Positions 57,836 to 64,000 of a stretch of 64,000 bases of DNA are shown piece after piece; position 1 is the first letter of the stretch; every line of letters starts with the position of its first letter. Source of the stretch: an uncultured Methanomicrobiales archaeon (lineage in GTDB: Archaea > Thermoplasmatota > Thermoplasmata > Methanomassiliicoccales > Methanomethylophilaceae); the NCBI GenBank assembly GCA_937892275.1, contig CALAVG010000112.1, positions 260-64,259 on the forward strand, given 5' to 3'. The notes beneath the pieces were generated by a model, which saw only the letters and a program-made list of their open reading frames with translations, was not told where the DNA came from and searched no databases. A program made the translations under genes and the position numbers.

Positions 57836-59383
57836 TCACTTCTTGGAGGCCTTCTTCTTCTTGGTGGCCTTCTGAGCACGGACGTTCGCCTTGACGGCAT
57901 CCGCGATCTCAGCTCCCTCGGCGAGTCCGTCGGTGACCTTGTTGATGTCGTATCTCAGAACGACCCAACCTTCCTCCTTCAGCTTCGCCTCGACCTCCCT
58001 GTCCTCGGTGCCTGGCTCTTCTACATATACGGCGACCTTTCCCTTGACGAACGCCACAGGGATGTGGTAGTCTCCGTAGTCCCTCCTGCACCTCATTCCC
58101 TTGTTCCAGGCGGCCCTTCTGACGAGCGCCTCGGGGGAGTAGTCGGTGTAGATGTCCTCAAGGACCTCATCCTCCTCGGACTCGGCCTCCTCTGCAGAGG
58201 ATTCCTCCGGTTTAGGCTCTGCGGCTGTCTCCACGACCTCCGGAACAACGGACTCTTCCTTGATGGGTACCTCGACAGGAGTCTCCTCTACTGCGGGTTC
58301 CTCTTTAACGGGCTCAGCCTTTTCCGGAGGAACGATCTTTCCGCCGACATCCTTGGACGATACCAGCCTGGACATGAAGTCGTTGTTGGGCTTCTTGGGC
58401 TCTTCCTTTACGGGTTCGGGCTCTGCCTTGGGCTCTTCCTTCACAGGCTCCGTCTTTGCGGGCTCTGCGGGCTTCACTGCCACGACGGGTGTCGGGACGG
58501 GGACAGGCTCGGGTTTAGGCTCCTCTTTAACAGGTTCGGCGGCCTTCTCGGGCTTTTCTTCTACAGGTGCGGGCTCGACCTTCTTCGCCGGCTCCTCCTT
58601 CTTAGGCTGCTCCTTCTTAGGCTGCTCCTTCTTCTGCTCGGGCTTCGCCTCTTCCTTCTTAGGCTCTTCCTTCTTGGCTTCCTCTTTCTTCGCCTCGGCC
58701 TTCTTCTTTGCCTTCGCGTCTGCCCTGCTCTTCGCCTCGAGCTTCTCCTGCCTCTGCTGCTTCTTCCTGGCCTCTGCATCAGCCTTGGACTTCTGCTTCT
58801 GGGCCTTCTTGGCGGACTTCCTCGAGGGATCGATGACTGCCTCCTCTTCTACGACATCGTCGGTTCCCATGACAAGGTATGTAGCAAGCCAGAGACCGAT
58901 GACGATGACGGCTGATGCCTCCTTGACGGAGAGCGAGTTGCCCATGAACAAAAGGATGACGATCACAGCCTCGATAATGAAGAAGACCATGTCGACGTAC
59001 ATCATGACCTTGTGCTTCTTGGTCATGTCCGTGTAGTATCCGACGAGCATGGCAACAGCGCCGACTATACCGATGATCTCGACAACGAGCAGCGACTCCA
59101 TGCTTGCGAACTCCATGAAGACGTATGTGAGTGCGGCGACGAGTCCCAACAAGAGTATGAGGATACCGTCGCACTTCAACGACATCTGTACTTTCCTTAT
59201 CGTCAGCAGGATTCCCGCTATGAGCGCGAACACACCGGCGACAGTGAGGATGATCTGCGATGTCTGGGTGAGCACCCCATCGACATCATCCTTCATTAGC
59301 AACATTACGAATGCCGCTGCAATGAAAATAACAGCAGCGAGCATCCCGACATATTTACCGTAATTGCTGTTTCCTGTTCCCAT
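57836..59383 (-). CDS. Multi-TM protein with K/E/P-rich linker and C-terminal Vsr/DUF559-like domain
   Basis: About 6 TM helices, low-complexity linker, 'SPEALVRRAAWNKGMRCR...VAVYVE...LKEEGWVVLR'. Confidence 0.75.
   Translation of the reverse strand: MGTGNSNYGKYVGMLAAVIFIAAAFVMLLMKDDVDGVLTQTSQIILTVAGVFALIAGILLTIRKVQMSLKCDGILILLLGLVAALTYVFMEFASMESLLVVEIIGIVGAVAMLVGYYTDMTKKHKVMMYVDMVFFIIEAVIVILLFMGNSLSVKEASAVIVIGLWLATYLVMGTDDVVEEEAVIDPSRKSAKKAQKQKSKADAEARKKQQRQEKLEAKSRADAKAKKKAEAKKEEAKKEEPKKEEAKPEQKKEQPKKEQPKKEEPAKKVEPAPVEEKPEKAAEPVKEEPKPEPVPVPTPVVAVKPAEPAKTEPVKEEPKAEPEPVKEEPKKPNNDFMSRLVSSKDVGGKIVPPEKAEPVKEEPAVEETPVEVPIKEESVVPEVVETAAEPKPEESSAEEAESEEDEVLEDIYTDYSPEALVRRAAWNKGMRCRRDYGDYHIPVAFVKGKVAVYVEEPGTEDREVEAKLKEEGWVVLRYDINKVTDGLAEGAEIADAVKANVRAQKATKKKKASKK
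58395..58700 (-). repeat. Coding imperfect repeats (KKEQP/KKEEP and EPVKEEPK)
   Basis: 15-bp unit CTTCTTAGGCTGCTC tandem near 58598-58627; EPVKEEP recurs four times in the linker. Confidence 0.7.
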
Positions 59384-59683
59384 AGATGCTCCATCGTCTT
59401 TAAAGAATATAACGATTTGCGATGTGTGGCTCATTTGTCCCGATAGCATCCAATTCAATGAGCCAGCAAACTGATTTCTATGTGCCAGACATTCTGAATC
59501 CTCGTACACAGATCTCTTCGGACCCATATCATGTTTTATATACTATACATAAATAGGGTTTATTCACTCTTATAATGTGGGGCAGAGGTCCCTGCATCAT
59601 CATCACAGTCAAGAAGGTCATCGAGGCCTTCTTTCACAAAGTCCTCACCATGTGGGGCAACATACGAAAAGGAGCCTAATAAC

Positions 59684-60922
59684 ATGAACATGAAGTGTAA
59701 ATTCCTGGGCGGTGCCGATATGGTCGGACGCATGGGGATGACCATGGAGGGTGACGGCATGACCGCTCTCATCGAGTACGGCCTCAGCCCCACAAAACCT
59801 CCGGAGTATCCCCTGCCCGCACCCCGTATCGACTACGCGTTCCTGACGCACTCCCACCTGGACCACTGCGGTATGATCCCGCAGATCTGCGGTAAGAACG
59901 AGTGCGATCTCTTCACGACACCCCTGTCGGCAGAGATCTCGGAACTCATGATGTACGACACTCTCAAGATCGCCAAGGCGGAGGATTATCCCCAGCCCTA
60001 CACAACAGGCGATATCGAGAGAACAATGAAAGCCGTCGTGCCCATGACTTATAAGGATCAGATAAGCATCAACCACATCGACGTCACAATGTTGGACGCG
60101 GGACACATCCCCGGAGCGGCGATGTTCCAGTTTGACAAGGACGTCACGACTATCTACTCAGGTGACATCCACACGGAGACCCAGAGGCTCGTCGGAGGCG
60201 CTAAGCCCCACGACTGTACGACTCTCTTCATCGAAGGAACGTACGGCGGACGCAACCACCCCGACAGGAAGCAAACAGAAGAGGCCTTCCTCGCAAAGAT
60301 CGATGAGGTCATCGACCGCGGAGGAAAGGTCCTTATCCCCTGCTTCGCCAACGGAAGAACACAGGAAATCATGCTCCTGCTGAGGAACCTCGGCTACGAG
60401 ATGTGGGTCGATGGAATGGGAAGATCTGTAACGAGACTGTTCCTCGACTACCCCGAGTACGTCAGGGATGTCAAGCATCTGAAAGCTGCTAAGAGGAAGT
60501 TCAACGAAGTAAGGAACCCCAACTCGAGACTTTCCGCGATCAAGGGACAGATCATCGTCACAACTGGCGGAATGCTCGACGGAGGACCGGTCCTCGGATA
60601 CCTCAACGCTATCAAGGACGACCCCAAGAGCGCCATCCTCCTGGTAGGATACCAGGCCGATGACACCAACGGAAAGATGTTGCTCGACGAGGGCTGCGTG
60701 AAGATTGACGGCGAGGTCGTCAAGATCGCATGCGAGCTGCAGAAGTATGACTTCTCGGCACACGCGGATCACGACCAGATCGTGAACTTCATCAGGGAAT
60801 GCGATCCCGAGAACGTGATCATCATGCACTCGGAGTCGCGTGAGGCGTTCCTTCCGGATCTGGAAGGCGACTACAAGGTGTTCCTCCCCAAGACAGGCGA
60901 GGAGTTCAGCCTGGACATGTGA
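59684..60922 (+). CDS. MBL-fold beta-CASP ribonuclease
   Basis: 'THSHLDHCG', 'AGHIPG', 'YSGD', 'EGTYG', 'FSAHAD', 'MHSE'. Confidence 0.93.
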   Translation: MNMKCKFLGGADMVGRMGMTMEGDGMTALIEYGLSPTKPPEYPLPAPRIDYAFLTHSHLDHCGMIPQICGKNECDLFTTPLSAEISELMMYDTLKIAKAEDYPQPYTTGDIERTMKAVVPMTYKDQISINHIDVTMLDAGHIPGAAMFQFDKDVTTIYSGDIHTETQRLVGGAKPHDCTTLFIEGTYGGRNHPDRKQTEEAFLAKIDEVIDRGGKVLIPCFANGRTQEIMLLLRNLGYEMWVDGMGRSVTRLFLDYPEYVRDVKHLKAAKRKFNEVRNPNSRLSAIKGQIIVTTGGMLDGGPVLGYLNAIKDDPKSAILLVGYQADDTNGKMLLDEGCVKIDGEVVKIACELQKYDFSAHADHDQIVNFIRECDPENVIIMHSESREAFLPDLEGDYKVFLPKTGEEFSLDM

Positions 60923-60925
60923 ACA

Positions 60926-60956
60926 AAGGGACACCGGGGCTAAGCCCCGGGCCCTT
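60926..60956. terminator. Hairpin between convergent genes
   Basis: CCGGGGC-TAA-GCCCCGG with outer AAGGG/CCCTT. Confidence 0.55.
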
Positions 60957-60964
60957 AAAATCTT

Positions 60965-62383
60965 TCAATTTTCCACTCTGACGACCTTATTCTTTATCGC
61001 TACAGTACATATGAACGAAATACACAGCACCACGATAGAGAAGCACATAATCGGTATGAAACCTGCCAAAAGTTCATCCTGAGACATTGAACCAATACTT
61101 CCAGAGCTATAGAATCCGAAAATAGATGCAAAGACTGCACAGCCTAGGGCTGATGCCAACGGGCTGACGGCTAGCATGATATTCGCGGCCTCCTCTTCAC
61201 ATCCTGGCGTTGAATGATGGACCATGCGTGTCGGCAATGCAGTCCCATTAAATGCATTCGATGCCCCGAGGAGTATTATCGGGAACAGCAGAAACACTGC
61301 TTCCGATCTCTGGATTGCCAATATAATCATAATGACACAAAATAGGGCCCTTAGGAAAGGAGCTGCAACAGACGGCCATTTGCACCCATGTCTGTCACAG
61401 ATTTTGCCGACAGGTAAAGACAATATGATCGTTGAAACGGACGAGATAGCAATATATACGCCAGATTCGAACTCACCCATGCCCCAATATCCCTGGAACA
61501 TATATGGCAGGATATAGAAACAACCTCCCGAGATTATGCTGCACAGGAAGAATGCCACCATTATTGTTGTGTATTCCTTATTCTTGAACAGCTTCGGGGA
61601 CAGTATAGCCCTTTCTTTATCCCTCTTGATGCTTAAAATCAGAGCGTATATAGACAAGCAAATCACAGCGATGAATGCTATTATGATAACTGACTGTAAC
61701 GAACCTAATCCGCTGAACAGGCTAGAACTCTGTACTAGCCCGAGTGCCATAGATATCAGGATCATGACAGACAATGAACCCAAAATAGTGGGATCCTTTG
61801 CAGATTCAATACTCAGATCCTTGGGCAGATATCTTACGGCCAGAACAGTTATCAATATACAAATCGGGATGTTGAAATAAAAGATCCAACCCCAGTGCAG
61901 ATTCGCCGAGATCGCTCCACCAATCAGGGGGCCAACAATTATCGCAAAACCGGATGCTATGCCCATAACTGACATTCCCAGACCTTTTCTATCCCCAGGA
62001 AGCAACTTGACTATTATTGATGGCATCACAGACATTAGCATCGCAACTCCGATGCACTGCAAGATACTGAATAAGATGAGCATCCAATATTCTACACTCA
62101 TACCGCATAACAAGGACGTAACGGCAACAATAAGCGACCCAATTATCGTGAATTTTTTCAAACGTCCGTTCTTGGCCATCCTACCAAATGGAAGGACAAA
62201 TGCAGACAATCCCGCCGAACAAACAATCAGAATCAAAGAACTCTCTACCACCGAGATATTGAAAAATGTGCTAATCGTTGGCAGGGATACACTCAGTAAG
62301 GAATAATCCGAATTAATCAAAAAATCGGCTAAGAATAGTATGACTAGTGCTACCAGATGATTGGATTGAATTTTACTTTCCAC
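60965..62383 (-). CDS. MFS transporter, DHA2-like
   Basis: 'VSLPTI', 'GPLIGG', 'WGWIFYFNIPI'; probable GTG start at 62383 after GAGGTGAT. Confidence 0.9.
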   Translation of the reverse strand: MESKIQSNHLVALVILFLADFLINSDYSLLSVSLPTISTFFNISVVESSLILIVCSAGLSAFVLPFGRMAKNGRLKKFTIIGSLIVAVTSLLCGMSVEYWMLILFSILQCIGVAMLMSVMPSIIVKLLPGDRKGLGMSVMGIASGFAIIVGPLIGGAISANLHWGWIFYFNIPICILITVLAVRYLPKDLSIESAKDPTILGSLSVMILISMALGLVQSSSLFSGLGSLQSVIIIAFIAVICLSIYALILSIKRDKERAILSPKLFKNKEYTTIMVAFFLCSIISGGCFYILPYMFQGYWGMGEFESGVYIAISSVSTIILSLPVGKICDRHGCKWPSVAAPFLRALFCVIMIILAIQRSEAVFLLFPIILLGASNAFNGTALPTRMVHHSTPGCEEEAANIMLAVSPLASALGCAVFASIFGFYSSGSIGSMSQDELLAGFIPIMCFSIVVLCISFICTVAIKNKVVRVEN

Positions 62384-62393
62384 TCTTATCACC

Positions 62394-63863
62394 TCATCTT
62401 GATTCCTTACAAAATTGTATCTTGTCCCTATCGCTACCACATTCGATCATTCCGAAAAATGACATCGCCACACTCAAACCTTCCTTACCGTAGGGTATGG
62501 ATTCTGCAATTGATAGGTCGACATCCAATACCTCTCCGGCAGATATAGAGTCTACAGTCAATTTCAAATCTGCAAGCGTATGAGCGAATTTAAACGAATC
62601 ATCCTCCATCATCAGGTCAGGATAATTATTCTCAAGTTCCTTTATCATCTTGTAATCTCTCTCGAGAATATCCTTCGATTCCGCCACAAGGAAGAGATTT
62701 CCAAGGGAAGTTGAGAGATCGATTGTCTTTGAGATGAGCCTTTTTCCATCTTTCATATCGCATGAGAAATACGAAGGCAGAGCTGACACCAGAATATTCG
62801 TCGGTGCCGGATCTAATTCGCCCACTTTGGTAGCTGTCAGCTCCTCTACAATTGCATATTTACCATTAGTGTCGAAGTGAACCTTCAACATATCTGAAAA
62901 CATCTCCTCATCCATTGTAGCAAAGCTATAATCAGCATATGTGCAACCATACATCGCAATTTGGAACTCCTCAGGCTGGGAAGCACCCATCATACGCGGA
63001 TTGGTCTCTATAAGTATTGGTCCTTCCGAATTCCAGAAGTATTCGGAGTGACATAATCCGTAGCGAACGCCTGTTGCATCGAGTACGGCTAAAGCATAAT
63101 CTATCAAACCCCTGGGAGCCGAGGACTCGCTCAAAAGCATTTCTCCATCGTAGAAAACATTACCGTTCGCGTTTGTAAGGCGATACCTCCAAAGGTCCGT
63201 TATGACATGTTTGCCATTGCACGAAGCCGTATTGACGACATATTCCTCACCAATCACATACTCCTGCATTAGGATATCAACATCCTTCTCACCGATGTTG
63301 TTCGTGGAATTCCTTAAGAGATTGAAATGATTGATACACTCATCCAAACTGCTGCACACCTTGAAACCTACGCTAGCGCCGGATGATGTGTATTTGATTG
63401 CACATTTACCGTTACATGTTTCCCAGAATTCCTTAACTTCCTTCTCTGACTTGACAGATCTGGTGCGCATATGCCTGAGGCCGGCCTTTTCAAGGGCCGT
63501 GGCCATTCCAAGTTTGGTGGTGCGCAACCATGTTGTCGAAGGATCGTTTCCAGGAAGACCCAGACGTTTAGAAAGTTCATCTGCAAGACCGACTCCGGGA
63601 TCGCCTCCTGCGAACACCGCTTCAATCTTCTTTCCCTCCAAGATAGCCATTGCATCATCTGCATCCTGGCACACTTCAACCTCTTCACCTGGAAACGATT
63701 TCTCGAATCCCTCCACAATCTTATCGAAATTTGGGATCGGAGCGTATGGTATAAGGACAATCGGTTTAAGGTTCCGCTTTTTAAACGCAGCAACATACAT
63801 TACGGAAGTCGATACGGGTAAAATCACTACGGCAAATCTATCACTCAAACAACAAGCCTCCAC
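62394..63863 (-). CDS. ATP-grasp domain protein (L-amino acid ligase-like)
   Basis: 'GVGLADELS..LGLPGN', 'QEYVIGEEYVVN', 'HSEY', 'LIETNPRM'; start uncertain. Confidence 0.85.
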   Translation of the reverse strand: MEACCLSDRFAVVILPVSTSVMYVAAFKKRNLKPIVLIPYAPIPNFDKIVEGFEKSFPGEEVEVCQDADDAMAILEGKKIEAVFAGGDPGVGLADELSKRLGLPGNDPSTTWLRTTKLGMATALEKAGLRHMRTRSVKSEKEVKEFWETCNGKCAIKYTSSGASVGFKVCSSLDECINHFNLLRNSTNNIGEKDVDILMQEYVIGEEYVVNTASCNGKHVITDLWRYRLTNANGNVFYDGEMLLSESSAPRGLIDYALAVLDATGVRYGLCHSEYFWNSEGPILIETNPRMMGASQPEEFQIAMYGCTYADYSFATMDEEMFSDMLKVHFDTNGKYAIVEELTATKVGELDPAPTNILVSALPSYFSCDMKDGKRLISKTIDLSTSLGNLFLVAESKDILERDYKMIKELENNYPDLMMEDDSFKFAHTLADLKLTVDSISAGEVLDVDLSIAESIPYGKEGLSVAMSFFGMIECGSDRDKIQFCKESR

Positions 63864-64000
63864 ATTGTCTGTGAATCATGATTAAGAAATAAAAATCCAA
63901 CTAATGACTCGAGCTTTTTCTTATAATCGGAATAAAACTTCCAATCATCGACAGACCAGAATCTATACTGTAAACTTTGTTCCTGTCAGTTATCCATCTA

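Noticed and set aside
57830..59036. Long Leu-rich and Ser/Gly-rich ORFs on the + strand
   Set aside because: Antisense shadows of the K/E/P-rich gene
1..64000. CRISPR array, rRNA genes, or a gene with in-frame pyrrolysine TAG
   Set aside because: No spaced direct repeats, rRNA-like sequence or TAG-split gene noticed by eye

Overview
Archaeal chromosomal segment, most consistent with a Methanomassiliicoccales (Methanomethylophilaceae-like) methanogen. Support: an 11-subunit fpo operon without fpoF/fpoO, methanogenesis marker 11, aIF5A, PCNA, TFS, Nop5, CarS and GGR, and no called gene ending in TAG. It is mostly core genome: smc-scpAB, fpoA-N, an AMP phosphorylase/R15P isomerase/RuBisCO operon, split transketolase plus transaldolase, mtnA plus class II aldolase, lipid genes, RNA-processing genes and three tRNAs. 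Accessory patches are an IS/pseudogene pocket between two tRNA-Val genes, a BspA-type LRR surface protein, and an AT-richer ATP-grasp/MFS pair at the right edge. Most notable: (1) an intact, tightly coupled cluster of cofactor-stripped enzyme homologues (CdhD-like, CdhE TIM-barrel only, Cys-motif-less NrdG-like, Cys-less ALDH), with further degenerate paralogues elsewhere; (2) a structured leader with a 22-aa uORF ending Arg-Pro-UGA ahead of aIF5A-agmatinase; (3) two unannotated structured ncRNA candidates; (4) a membrane-tethered Vsr-like domain on a long charged linker; (5) two apparent stop-loss events. All family calls come from motif recognition by eye; no searches were run.
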